Below the pieces are notes generated by a model, which worked only from the letters and a program-made list of their open reading frames with translations, searched no databases and was not told the DNA's origin. The translations under genes were made by a program, and so were the position numbers. Shown in pieces: positions 19,657 to 29,321 of a DNA stretch of 64,000 bases; the stretch's first letter is position 1, and each line of letters begins with the position of its first letter. The stretch is taken from NCBI GenBank assembly GCA_000432595.1, contig HF996867.1:1551-65550 (forward strand), written 5' to 3'. Source of the DNA: Clostridium sp. CAG:710. GTDB lineage: Bacteria > Bacillota_I > Bacilli_A > RF39 > UBA660.

Positions 19657-20364
19657 TTGGAGGGTAATATGGAATATAAAAGAGTACTTCTAAAATTAAG
19701 TGGAGAAGCAATAAAAAATAAAAGAGATGGAATAGTTGATTTTGATTATGTATTAAAAATATGTAAAAGTATTGCTTCTATAAAAGATAGGAAAACATCA
19801 GTCGCAATAGTTGTGGGTGGTGGAAACATATGGAGAGGAAGACAAAATTCCTATATTGATTCTTCATCATCAGATAAAATAGGAATATTAGGAACAAGTA
19901 TAAATGCATTAATACTAAAGTCAGCATTTGATAAATTAGGAATAAAATCATGCCTATTTAATTCATTTGAAGCAAAAAATATAATGAAAAAAACACCAAA
20001 CAATGAAGAACTTATTAAACTAAGTAGAGACAATATAATTATATTTGGTGGAGGAACAGGCAATGTGGGTTGTTCAACAGATACTGCATCTATATTAAAT
20101 GCCATAAAATTAAAATCTGATTTAATTGTAAAACTAACAAATGTAGATGGAATATATAATAAAGATCCACACATCTATAATGATGCATTAAAATATAATG
20201 AAATAACATTTGAAGAAGCAATTAATAAAAATTTAAATGTAATGGACATTAACTCAATAAAATTAAGTAAAGAAAACAATATAAAAATACTAGTGACAAA
20301 TATAAATAGTTTATTTGATATAGATAAAATGATAAGTACTAAAGCTTATAGTATTATAAAGTAA
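19657..20364 (+). CDS. UMP kinase-like (amino-acid kinase fold) protein, outside tsf-pyrH-frr context
   Basis: PyrH-like motifs RVLLKLSGE and AIVVGGGNIWRG. Confidence 0.55.
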   Translation: MEGNMEYKRVLLKLSGEAIKNKRDGIVDFDYVLKICKSIASIKDRKTSVAIVVGGGNIWRGRQNSYIDSSSSDKIGILGTSINALILKSAFDKLGIKSCLFNSFEAKNIMKKTPNNEELIKLSRDNIIIFGGGTGNVGCSTDTASILNAIKLKSDLIVKLTNVDGIYNKDPHIYNDALKYNEITFEEAINKNLNVMDINSIKLSKENNIKILVTNINSLFDIDKMISTKAYSIIK

Positions 20365-20400
20365 CATCTACCACTAGGTAGTGTAAATAAAGGAGGAAAT

Positions 20401-21453
20401 ATGGAAAAACTTAAAGTTGTTCAATATGGATGTGGAAAGATGTCCAAATACACAATGAAATACGTACTTGATAATAATTGGGAAATAGTGGGTGCCGTTG
20501 ATATTAACCCTAATGTGATAGGTCATGATATTGGTAGTGTTATTGGTATAGAAAATCAAGGAATAACTATAACAGATGCTGCTAAAGCAAAAGAATTACT
20601 ATTATCTACTAAACCGGATATATGTATTGTTACTACAATGAGCTTAATGAAGGATGTAGAAGATATATTACTTTTATGTGCTAGTCTTGGAATTAATGCC
20701 ATAACAACATGTGAAGAAGCATTCTATCCGTTTAATTCATGCCCAGAATTAACAAATAGAATTGATTCACTAGCAAAAGAAAATAATTGTACAATTACCG
20801 GAAGTGGATATCAAGATGCTTTCTGGGGAGGATTAATTACAACACTATGTGGCGCTACTCACAATATAACTAAAATTAAAGGTAGCTCATCATACAACGT
20901 AGAAGACTACGGAATAGCACTTGCTAAAGCACATGGCGCAGGATTAACTAAAGAAGAATTCGATCGTGAAGTGGCTTCAGCCGATAATATAAGTGATGAA
21001 GAAAGACAAAAACTAATTGATAATGGTGATTTCTTACCAAGTTATATGTGGAATGTTAATGGCTGGCTTTGTGATAAATTAGGATTAACTGTAAAAAGAC
21101 AAACTCAAAAATGTATTCCAACAACATGTAGCCATGATATAACATCTTCTACATTAGGAATGACTGTAAAAAGTGGTATGGCAACAGGAATGAGCGCAGT
21201 AGTAACTACAACTACTGAAGAAGGAATAACTCTAGAAACAGAATGTGTTGGTAAAGTTTATGCAGAAGAAGATTGTGATAGAAATGATTGGACTATTGAA
21301 GGAGAACCAAATACAAATATGGTTATAACAAGACCTTCAACAGTTGAACTTACTTGCGCAACTATAGTAAATCGTATAGAAGATGTAATATCTGCAAGAC
21401 CAGGTTTCGTCCCAACATCACAAATGAATGAATTAAAAAGCATTATTAAATAA
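20401..21453 (+). CDS. DapB-like NAD(P)H-dependent amine dehydrogenase / 2,4-diaminopentanoate dehydrogenase family
   Basis: N-terminal Rossmann VVQYGCGKM..VGAVD resembling DapB/Ord family; 350 aa. Confidence 0.45.
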   Translation: MEKLKVVQYGCGKMSKYTMKYVLDNNWEIVGAVDINPNVIGHDIGSVIGIENQGITITDAAKAKELLLSTKPDICIVTTMSLMKDVEDILLLCASLGINAITTCEEAFYPFNSCPELTNRIDSLAKENNCTITGSGYQDAFWGGLITTLCGATHNITKIKGSSSYNVEDYGIALAKAHGAGLTKEEFDREVASADNISDEERQKLIDNGDFLPSYMWNVNGWLCDKLGLTVKRQTQKCIPTTCSHDITSSTLGMTVKSGMATGMSAVVTTTTEEGITLETECVGKVYAEEDCDRNDWTIEGEPNTNMVITRPSTVELTCATIVNRIEDVISARPGFVPTSQMNELKSIIK

Positions 21454-21589
21454 ATAAAATAAATAAACAAGGCTATCAATATATGGATATTTTTGATAAA
21501 ACTTGTTTTTTTAAAAAAAAGTAAAAATAAAATTTGACCTTCCAGTTAACTGTAATGATAATCTCACTCTTGAAAAGGAGGAGATTATT

Positions 21590-21868
21590 TTGGGTTGTTG
21601 TAGTTGTAAATATCTTAATGAAAATAAAAAAGTGGAAGGTAGAGTAAATGGTAGTTTATATTATTGCTCTAAATTAAAAACATATGTAAATGGTGCTAGC
21701 GGTAGCTGTGATAACTACTGTATAGACCATGGAAGAAAAATATATACACGAGATGAAATATATGATGATGGAAAAAAATATTATAATGATACAACACCAG
21801 TAGGTTTTTATTTAGTAGTGTTAATAATATTAATAATACTAGGCTTATTTTTAGGAGTATTTAATTAA
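21590..21868 (+). CDS. small Cys-rich protein with C-terminal TM anchor
   Basis: MGCCSCK... multiple Cys, C-terminal hydrophobic helix; TTGACC-17-GATAAT promoter-like upstream. Confidence 0.35.
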   Translation: MGCCSCKYLNENKKVEGRVNGSLYYCSKLKTYVNGASGSCDNYCIDHGRKIYTRDEIYDDGKKYYNDTTPVGFYLVVLIILIILGLFLGVFN

Positions 21869-21889
21869 CAATAATTTAGGAGGTGACTC

Positions 21890-22588
21890 ATGTTATATAG
21901 AATAGGAGATTTTTCACAAAAAACAGGAATTCCAGTAAAAACCCTAAGGTATTATGATGAAATAAATTTATTTAAGCCATCTTACACCGAACGTTTTTCT
22001 GGATATAGATATTATGAAATAAATCAAATAAAGGATATTAAGTTAATTTCAAAACTAAAAGGACTTGACCTATCATTAGAGGAAATAAAACAATTTTTAG
22101 AAACTAAAGACATTAAAATAATACTTAACAAAAGAAAAAATTTTGAAGAAAAATTAGAAAGGATAGAAGAATTTATGAATGTAAAAGAAGATGCACCTAT
22201 TTACAATATTGAAGAAGGTGACTATAGAAAATATATTGAAATTAATGGTATAAAACATTCTAGATGTGCACAAGCATTAGCTGTTAAGGATTTAAATGCT
22301 AAATATTTTATTGTATATAAAGATGATGAATTCTACACTGATTTCTGTATTTATAAAAAAGATAATTGGCTCACTCTTGATAAAAAGTACTTTTTTGAAG
22401 AGGAACTAATTGATTTAATAATTAGTTATATAAGTGTAGAAGTAAATTATGTTACAATTTATCTACCAATAGAAGATGATAAACTATATATGGTAATAAA
22501 AAATACATTTAAAAACATAGAAGAAACAGAATACATACAAGATAGATATAAATATAGGTGTTTAAAAATAAAACTAGAAGAAAATTAA
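21890..22588 (+). CDS. MerR family transcriptional regulator
   Basis: N-terminal MerR HTH YRIGDFSQKTGIPVKTLRYYDEINL. Confidence 0.7.
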   Translation: MLYRIGDFSQKTGIPVKTLRYYDEINLFKPSYTERFSGYRYYEINQIKDIKLISKLKGLDLSLEEIKQFLETKDIKIILNKRKNFEEKLERIEEFMNVKEDAPIYNIEEGDYRKYIEINGIKHSRCAQALAVKDLNAKYFIVYKDDEFYTDFCIYKKDNWLTLDKKYFFEEELIDLIISYISVEVNYVTIYLPIEDDKLYMVIKNTFKNIEETEYIQDRYKYRCLKIKLEEN

Positions 22589-22627
22589 ATCTATATAACT
22601 AATTCAAATTAGAAGGAGTAAATATTA

Positions 22628-23056
22628 ATGTTTAAAATTGCAAAATTAGAACAAGTAAGTAATGAAAAAGTTAGTATTAATTTTATTTTACAAGAAAAAA
22701 ATAATTATGATAATTGTAAAAATATAAAAGATGAAAGATTTAAGACATTATCATTTAAGGTTTCAGGGAATAATTATTCAATTGAATTTAATCTAAATTG
22801 TAAATTAGAAAAACTATTAGAAATTCCAATGGAAGAAACAATAGATTTTAAAGAGTATTTATCAATTGGAGAAACTTTATTAAATATTAATGGAGTAAAT
22901 TTTATAGAACCACAGATAAATATAAAAATCAGAAGATATCTAAAAAACCAATTTAGTATATTTTTAACTTTTAATACGGAATATAATTATGATAATATCG
23001 ATTATAGTGGAATAGTAGAATTTACATTTAACTTAGATAATTATTTAAAAAAGTAA
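22628..23056 (+). CDS. hypothetical protein
   Basis: 142 aa ORF followed by terminator. Confidence 0.35.
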   Translation: MFKIAKLEQVSNEKVSINFILQEKNNYDNCKNIKDERFKTLSFKVSGNNYSIEFNLNCKLEKLLEIPMEETIDFKEYLSIGETLLNINGVNFIEPQINIKIRRYLKNQFSIFLTFNTEYNYDNIDYSGIVEFTFNLDNYLKK

Positions 23057-23073
23057 ATAACAACTGACTATAA

Positions 23074-23103
23074 AAAATCAGGACTATAACAAGTCCTTTT
23101 TTC
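23074..23103 (+). terminator. rho-independent terminator
   Basis: hairpin aggactataacaagtcct + T-run. Confidence 0.6.
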
Positions 23104-23129
23104 ATATAATTTCTTAGGTGAGTAACTAT

Positions 23130-24209
23130 ATGAAAAAACTAGTACTTTTTTTATTGCTTGTAATTGTACCTCTAAAAACTTATGCATTAACTGATACTGC
23201 CAAATCAACAATCGCAATGGATATGGATAGTGGAAGAATATTATATGAAAAAAATGCTAACGAGCAAAGATTAATTGCTTCTATAACAAAGATTATGACC
23301 GCAACAGTCGCAATAGAAAACGGCAATTTAAATAAAGAAATAACAATAGGAGAAGAAGTGCTTAAGATGTATGGATCAAACATATATGTTGAATTAGGAG
23401 AAAAGATGACTCTTAAAAATCTCTTGTATGGATTATTACTTAGAAGTGGAAATGATGCAGCTGTAGTAATCGCAAATAATGTAGCTAAAGATGAAGAAAG
23501 TTTCGTAGAAATGATGAATAAAAAAGCAAAAGAATTAGGCATGAAAAACACAATATTTAGAAATAGTCATGGTCTAGATGAAGAAACAAAAAACTATTCA
23601 AGTGCGAAGGATATGGCAATACTATCAAGCTATGCAAATACATTACCTGTTTATAAAGAAATTTCTAAAACAAAAAAATGGACAGTGCAAAGTGATAAAA
23701 AAAGCTATGTATGGAATAATAGAAACAAATTACTTTATTCTTATAAATATGCAACTGGTGGTAAAACAGGATACACCCCAAAAGCAGGTAGAACTCTAGT
23801 AACAACTGCCTCAAAAGATAATTTAAATCTAACCATAGTAACATTAAATGATGCAAATGAATACCAAACACATGAATCATTATATAAATATTGCTTCAAC
23901 AAGTACAAAAATTTTCTAATAGTAGACAAAGATAATTTCGACATAGATGATAATTTCTATAAAGGAAATTTATATATAAAAAAGTCATTTAGTTATCCTC
24001 TTACCAAAGAAGAAGAATCTCTTGTAAATATAGTAATAAAATTAGATAAATTGGATAATTATAAAAATAATGATCAAGTAGGAAGTGTAATAGTAAATTT
24101 AAAAGATAAAAAAATATTTGAAACAGAAGTATATGTAAAAAAAGATAAAAATAAAAAAGGAAATCTATTAAAAAGAATAATAAAGTTTTTAAAAAAACTA
24201 TTTAAGTAA
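23130..24209 (+). CDS. serine-type D-Ala-D-Ala carboxypeptidase (peptidase S11, PBP5-like)
   Basis: signal peptide; SITKIMT (SxxK), SGN and KTG motifs. Confidence 0.75.
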   Translation: MKKLVLFLLLVIVPLKTYALTDTAKSTIAMDMDSGRILYEKNANEQRLIASITKIMTATVAIENGNLNKEITIGEEVLKMYGSNIYVELGEKMTLKNLLYGLLLRSGNDAAVVIANNVAKDEESFVEMMNKKAKELGMKNTIFRNSHGLDEETKNYSSAKDMAILSSYANTLPVYKEISKTKKWTVQSDKKSYVWNNRNKLLYSYKYATGGKTGYTPKAGRTLVTTASKDNLNLTIVTLNDANEYQTHESLYKYCFNKYKNFLIVDKDNFDIDDNFYKGNLYIKKSFSYPLTKEEESLVNIVIKLDKLDNYKNNDQVGSVIVNLKDKKIFETEVYVKKDKNKKGNLLKRIIKFLKKLFK

Positions 24210-24258
24210 GCCTATTTTTAAATAATAAACTGTGTTATAATTCTACTAGGTGATTTAA

Positions 24259-24984
24259 GTGGAACGATTACAAAAAATAATTTCAAATAGTGGAATTGCA
24301 TCTAGAAGAAAAGCAGAAGAATTAATTAAAGAGGGCAGAGTAAAAGTAGACGGAGTAGTAGTAACTGAATTAGGAACTAAGGTAAGTAAAAAAAATATAG
24401 TTGAAGTAGACAATGTAAAAATAGGAACTGAAGAAAAAGTTTATTACTTATTAAATAAACCAAGAGGAGTTGTAACTACTACTAGTGATGAACATGGTAG
24501 AAAAACAGTTGTTAGCTTAATTGAAACAGATAAAAGAATATATCCAGTGGGAAGATTAGATTATGATACTACCGGACTTATATTATTAACTAATGATGGA
24601 GAATTTACTAATAATATTACACATCCTAAAAATAAAATAGACAAAACATATGTTGCGAAAATTAATGGTATACTAACAATCGCAGATATTATGGCATTAA
24701 AAAAGGGTGTAATGATAGATAATTTTAAAACATCCCCTGCAAAAGTAAAAGTAAGAAAAATAGATAATAAAAATAAACATTCAATTGTAGAAATAACAAT
24801 TCATGAAGGAAAAAATCATCAAGTAAAAAGAATGTTTGAATCTCTAGGGTATGAAGTGTTAAAGTTAAAAAGAGAAAGAATTGCATTTTTAACATTAAAG
24901 GGATTAACATCAGGAGATTATAGAATGCTTACACCAAAAGAGGTAAACCAACTATATGTATTATCTCAAAATGTAGGTAAATAA
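24259..24984 (+). CDS. pseudouridine synthase, RsuA/RluB family with S4 domain
   Basis: S4 domain N-term; catalytic PVGRLDYDTTGLILLTNDG motif. Confidence 0.8.
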   Translation: MERLQKIISNSGIASRRKAEELIKEGRVKVDGVVVTELGTKVSKKNIVEVDNVKIGTEEKVYYLLNKPRGVVTTTSDEHGRKTVVSLIETDKRIYPVGRLDYDTTGLILLTNDGEFTNNITHPKNKIDKTYVAKINGILTIADIMALKKGVMIDNFKTSPAKVKVRKIDNKNKHSIVEITIHEGKNHQVKRMFESLGYEVLKLKRERIAFLTLKGLTSGDYRMLTPKEVNQLYVLSQNVGK

Positions 24985-25058
24985 TATTGGTAAGTATATT
25001 TTAATATTTGAATAGAAAAGAATGTTTTCATTAAAAAAAATATAGCACCACGCTATAT

Positions 25059-25247
25059 TTATTCTTCTACACTGATTGCACCAGTTGGACAACTTTCGCT
25101 AGCATCAATAACTTCATCCTTATTAGATTCAGTAACTTCACCCTTAGCGCATGCTAGTCCATCATCTTCAAGAGCAAATACATCAGGTACAATTGCGGCA
25201 CAAGCACCACAGCCAATGCATTGATCTTTATTAACTTTAGCTTTCAT
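25059..25247 (-). CDS. fdx: ferredoxin (single 4Fe-4S type, 62 aa)
   Basis: CIGCGAC...C cluster motif, acidic small protein. Confidence 0.8.
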   Translation of the reverse strand: MKAKVNKDQCIGCGACAAIVPDVFALEDDGLACAKGEVTESNKDEVIDASESCPTGAISVEE

Positions 25248-25375
25248 TATTTAAACACCTCAAAACAATTATATAATAAAAAAAAGATTAATACAATCAA
25301 TGAATATAAATATCTTTTATATCTTTAAATTTTTACTAAAGTATGATAAAATGAAACAGAATAGAGGTGTGTATA

Positions 25376-26220
25376 TGAGAAGAAGAACAGATAGGCACAT
25401 TGAAGAATCAGGATCATCTCCTACAAGATTAAGCAGGATGTCTAAAAATAAATATCTATATGATGATATAAATAATGTAATTGGTTATGAAGAAATAACT
25501 GATTTTAATCCAGAGAATGGAATTGATTTATCTAATATAAGAAATACAAATAGTAGAGAAGAATATAAAAAATATAAAGACTATCAAGATATATTTGGTA
25601 AAACAGAAGAAAAAAAAGAAGAAGCTGTAGAGGAAGAAGAAAAGAAAATCTATGACATAAATAGTGTGTTAGAAGATGCTAAAAGAAACAGAAATAAATA
25701 TGATGAGTTAGAAAAGAAAAGAAAATTAAAAGAAAATAAATATGCGACACTAGCAGATACTGCACAATTGAATTTAGAAAATGCTGAATCTCTAGAAAAA
25801 GCATCTGGAAATGACATAGATGAAAAAGAACTAACTGATTTGATTAACACAATAACTTCTCATAATTTACTAAAAGATATAAAAGATGCAGAATCATCAA
25901 ATGATGAAAAAGAAGATGAAGCAGATCTATTATCCGATTTACTCGCAACACATGTTGATTTGAACTTAGAAGAAGGAATAGCTAGTGAATACCTTGCAAA
26001 AGAACATGAAGAAAGTGAAAAAGAAGAAAAAGAAATAGATAATTCTTTTTATACAAAATCAATGGATTTATCAGAACAAGACTTTGAATTTAGTGATGAA
26101 ATAGAAGCAGAAAGAAAAGCCAAAATTAAAGTTATAATAATAATTGTAGTAATACTATTACTTATAGTTATTGGAGTAGTTACATTTTTATTTTTAAAAC
26201 AAAAAGGGATTATTAAATAA
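25376..26220 (+). CDS. acidic E/K-rich protein with C-terminal TM anchor
   Basis: low-complexity acidic body, single C-terminal hydrophobic helix; RBS agaggtg before ATG 25376. Confidence 0.35.
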
Positions 26221-26284
26221 TTCTTTTTTTCTTTGTATTTTTAAAAATTTATATTATAATACGTTTGTACAAAGAGGTGAACTT

Positions 26285-27028
26285 ATGTCAAAGGTTGTCT
26301 TAGTAACAGGCTCTAGTAAAGGACTAGGCAGTGAAATAATAAAAAAATATGCAAAAAATGGTTATAACGTAGTTATAAATTATAACAAGGATAAAATATC
26401 CGCAGAAGAATTAAAAGATTTTGTAGAAAAGAATTATAAAGTAGAAGCACTTGTTGTAAAAGCAGATGTTAGTGTAGAAGAAGAAGTAATTAATATGATA
26501 TCTACTATAATAAAGAAATTTAACCAAATAGATGTAGTAGTAAATAATGCTGCAATAGAGTTATCTACAGAAATAAAAGAAAAGAATGCATCTTCCTTTA
26601 GAAAAGTATTAGATACAAATTTAATTGGAACTTTCCTAGTAAGTAAGTATGCATCAGTTGAAATGTTAAAAAGAGAATCTGGTAGTATTATTAATATTTC
26701 ATCTAACAATGGAATAGATGCATTTGATCCTTACACAATGGAATATGATGCTTCTAAAGCTGCAGTAATAAATCTAACTAAAAACTTAGCTAAAGAATTT
26801 TCCCCATATATAAATGTAAATTGTGTGGCACCAGGTTGGATTAAAACAGAAAAAGTTATAAAATTAGATAAAGAATTAAATGGAATGCTTATAAAAGAAG
26901 AAAGTAAAAAAATATTACTTAAAAGATTCGCAGAAAAAGAAGAAATCGCAAATGTTGTATATTTCCTATCAAGTAAAGATGCAACTTATATAAATGGAAC
27001 TATAATAAGAGTGGATGGTGGATATTAA
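26285..27028 (+). CDS. SDR family oxidoreductase (FabG-like)
   Basis: TGSSKGLG cofactor motif, NNAA, Y..K catalytic YDASKAA. Confidence 0.75.
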   Translation: MSKVVLVTGSSKGLGSEIIKKYAKNGYNVVINYNKDKISAEELKDFVEKNYKVEALVVKADVSVEEEVINMISTIIKKFNQIDVVVNNAAIELSTEIKEKNASSFRKVLDTNLIGTFLVSKYASVEMLKRESGSIINISSNNGIDAFDPYTMEYDASKAAVINLTKNLAKEFSPYINVNCVAPGWIKTEKVIKLDKELNGMLIKEESKKILLKRFAEKEEIANVVYFLSSKDATYINGTIIRVDGGY

Positions 27029-28269
27029 TGAATTATGAAATAAATGATGAATTTTTAAATATAGTAAATAAAGTAGATAATAAGATTAAACCAAAATTAG
27101 ATGAGATAGACACATTATGTGAAAAGAATAGTCTAAAGGTATTAAATGCATTTAGAATAAATCATGTAAGTGAATCAGATTTTAATTCAACTACCGGATA
27201 TGGTTATAATGATACAGGTCGTGATGTGGTAGAAAGAGTATATAGTTCTGTATTTGGCGCTGAAGATAGTCTTGTTAGAAACCAATTCATCTCTGGAACA
27301 CATGCCCTAACAGTCGCACTTTTTGGGATATTAAGACCAAATGATATAATGCTATCTGTAAGTGGTAAGCCATATGATACATTAGATGAAGTAATTGGTA
27401 TAAAAGAAAATGCAAGTTCATTAAAAAGTTTTGGAATAAAGTATGACCAAATAGAGTTAATAAATGATGACTTTGATTATGAAAAAATAAGAGAATATAT
27501 TAGTAAAACACAAGTAAAAATAGTATATATACAACGTTCAAAAGGCTATTCAACAAGAAAAAGTATATCAGTAGAAAAATTAGAAAAATTAGTAAAACTT
27601 ATAAGAGAAATAAATAAAGACCAAATAATAATGGTAGATAACTGTTACTGTGAATTTGTAGAAGAAAAAAGTCCAATAGAAGTAGGAGCAGATATAATAA
27701 TAGGTTCACTAATTAAAAACCTTGGAGCAGGTATAGCATCAAATGGTGCGTACATTTCTGGTAAAAAGAAATATATTGAATTAATAGCGGAAAGATTAAC
27801 AACACCAGGACAAGGTAAGGAAGTAGGACCAACGCTAGGAGCAAACAAAGAATTTTTAAAAGGAATGTTTTTTGCACCATCGGTTGTTGCATCAGCTTTG
27901 AAAACTGCCATATTTACAAGTGCCCTTTTAGAGGAGTTAGGATATAGAGTTGAACCTAGTTATAATGATAGAAGAGTAGATATAGTACAAAATATAATAT
28001 TTAATGATCCAAATAAGTTAATTAAATATGCACAAGGAATACAAGCATATTCACCAATAGATTCAAATGTTTTACCAATACCAAGTGATATGCCAGGATA
28101 CAATGACCAAATAATAATGGCCTCTGGTTCATTTACTCAAGGATCATCAATAGAACTATCTTGTGATGGACCACTTAGACCACCTTTTATCGCATATCAA
28201 CAAGGCTCACTAACATATCAATATGGACACATTGCAGTTATGCATGCGGCAAGCAGTATCCAAGAATAA
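27028..28269 (+). CDS. PLP-dependent Cys/Met-metabolism fold protein, aluminium-resistance (YnbB) family
   Basis: family-like N-terminal region and length; call by resemblance, not verified. Confidence 0.5.
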   Translation: MNYEINDEFLNIVNKVDNKIKPKLDEIDTLCEKNSLKVLNAFRINHVSESDFNSTTGYGYNDTGRDVVERVYSSVFGAEDSLVRNQFISGTHALTVALFGILRPNDIMLSVSGKPYDTLDEVIGIKENASSLKSFGIKYDQIELINDDFDYEKIREYISKTQVKIVYIQRSKGYSTRKSISVEKLEKLVKLIREINKDQIIMVDNCYCEFVEEKSPIEVGADIIIGSLIKNLGAGIASNGAYISGKKKYIELIAERLTTPGQGKEVGPTLGANKEFLKGMFFAPSVVASALKTAIFTSALLEELGYRVEPSYNDRRVDIVQNIIFNDPNKLIKYAQGIQAYSPIDSNVLPIPSDMPGYNDQIIMASGSFTQGSSIELSCDGPLRPPFIAYQQGSLTYQYGHIAVMHAASSIQE

Positions 28270-28336
28270 ATATTACTAAAAAAGTAATATTTTTTCTGTT
28301 AACATAATATTATTTATTGTAAAGGAGAGAACTTTT

Positions 28337-28975
28337 ATGATAAATAAACAAAATTTATGGTTTTTGACATTATTTAGTTTGATACTAGTATTAAGCGTAT
28401 ATTATGTAACAATGCCAAATGATTTACTGTTAACAAATAATGGTGCGGTAGGCTCTAAGAAAAATGAACAAACAAGCGTGTCAAAAGATACAAATACAGA
28501 CACAACTAAAAATGAAGATACAAAAAAAGATGATATGAAATCTACAACTACAAAAGATAATAAAGATAATAAAGACACAAATACAACCACAAAAGATAAT
28601 AAAGATAATAATACAACAGTCACAATAAAAGAAAGTGAAACACTAGAGGCATTAAGAGTAAGCTTAAATCAAGAACGAGAAGCAGAAAAGACAAAATTAC
28701 AATCTCTTCTTACTAATAGTTCAGCTACTAGTGAAGAAAAAAATAATGCCTATGAGAAATTACAAGAAATAAATACTGTGACAAGTGAAGAGGCAACTCT
28801 AGAAAAAAAATTAAAAGAAAAATATAAAATGTCAGTATTCGTAAAAATAGAAAATAAAGAAATTACAGTAGTAGTTGATAATGATAAACATGATACAACA
28901 CTTGCGAATAACATAATGAGAAGTGTACAAGAAAATTTTAAAGAAAAAAGATATATAACGGTACAATTTAAATAG
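28337..28975 (+). CDS. SpoIIIAH-like sporulation membrane protein (detached from any spoIIIA operon in this window)
   Basis: N-terminal TM, polar linker, C-terminal SVFVKIENKEITVVVDND...RSVQENF...ITVQFK matching SpoIIIAH/YscJ-like C-terminus. Confidence 0.45.
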   Translation: MINKQNLWFLTLFSLILVLSVYYVTMPNDLLLTNNGAVGSKKNEQTSVSKDTNTDTTKNEDTKKDDMKSTTTKDNKDNKDTNTTTKDNKDNNTTVTIKESETLEALRVSLNQEREAEKTKLQSLLTNSSATSEEKNNAYEKLQEINTVTSEEATLEKKLKEKYKMSVFVKIENKEITVVVDNDKHDTTLANNIMRSVQENFKEKRYITVQFK

Positions 28976-29072
28976 CGCAAAGCTATTTTTTTGGTTAAAC
29001 ACCCTCAACTAAAATGTACTACAACATAGAATATTATGAGACAAAATATATAAAAGAGAGAGGGTTGAATTT

Positions 29073-29276
29073 ATTAAAGGAATATTAACACTTCGTGAAA
29101 GAGAAGTTTTTGAACTTTTGATTCAAAATTACAGTACAAAAGAAATCGCATCGAAATTAAATATTAGTGAAAAGACCGTCAGAAATCATATATCAAATAC
29201 AATGCAGAAACTTGGTGTAAAAGGAAGATCAGGAGCAGTAGTAGAATTATTAAGATTAAAGGAACTTTCGTTGTAA
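29073..29276 (+). CDS. gerE: GerE-type LuxR-family sporulation transcription factor, apparently initiating at ATT
   Basis: translation ..LTLREREVFELLIQNYSTKEIASKLNISEKTVRNHISNTMQKLGVKGRSGAVVELLRLKELSL is near-colinear with B. subtilis GerE; no in-frame ATG/GTG/TTG between upstream TGA (29037) and the HTH; RBS agagaggg 9 nt before ATT 29073. Confidence 0.55.
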   Translation: MKGILTLREREVFELLIQNYSTKEIASKLNISEKTVRNHISNTMQKLGVKGRSGAVVELLRLKELSL

Positions 29277-29321
29277 TGAATAAATGTTAAGTATTTTCAT
29301 ATATATTTTATAGGTGATATA

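Noticed and set aside
28553-28610. Short tandem aaagataat-type repeats (KDNKDNKDTNTTTKDNKDNN) inside the SpoIIIAH-like gene
   Set aside because: Low-complexity codon repeats in an AT-rich linker region. Too short and degenerate to call a distinct repeat element or phase-variation site.
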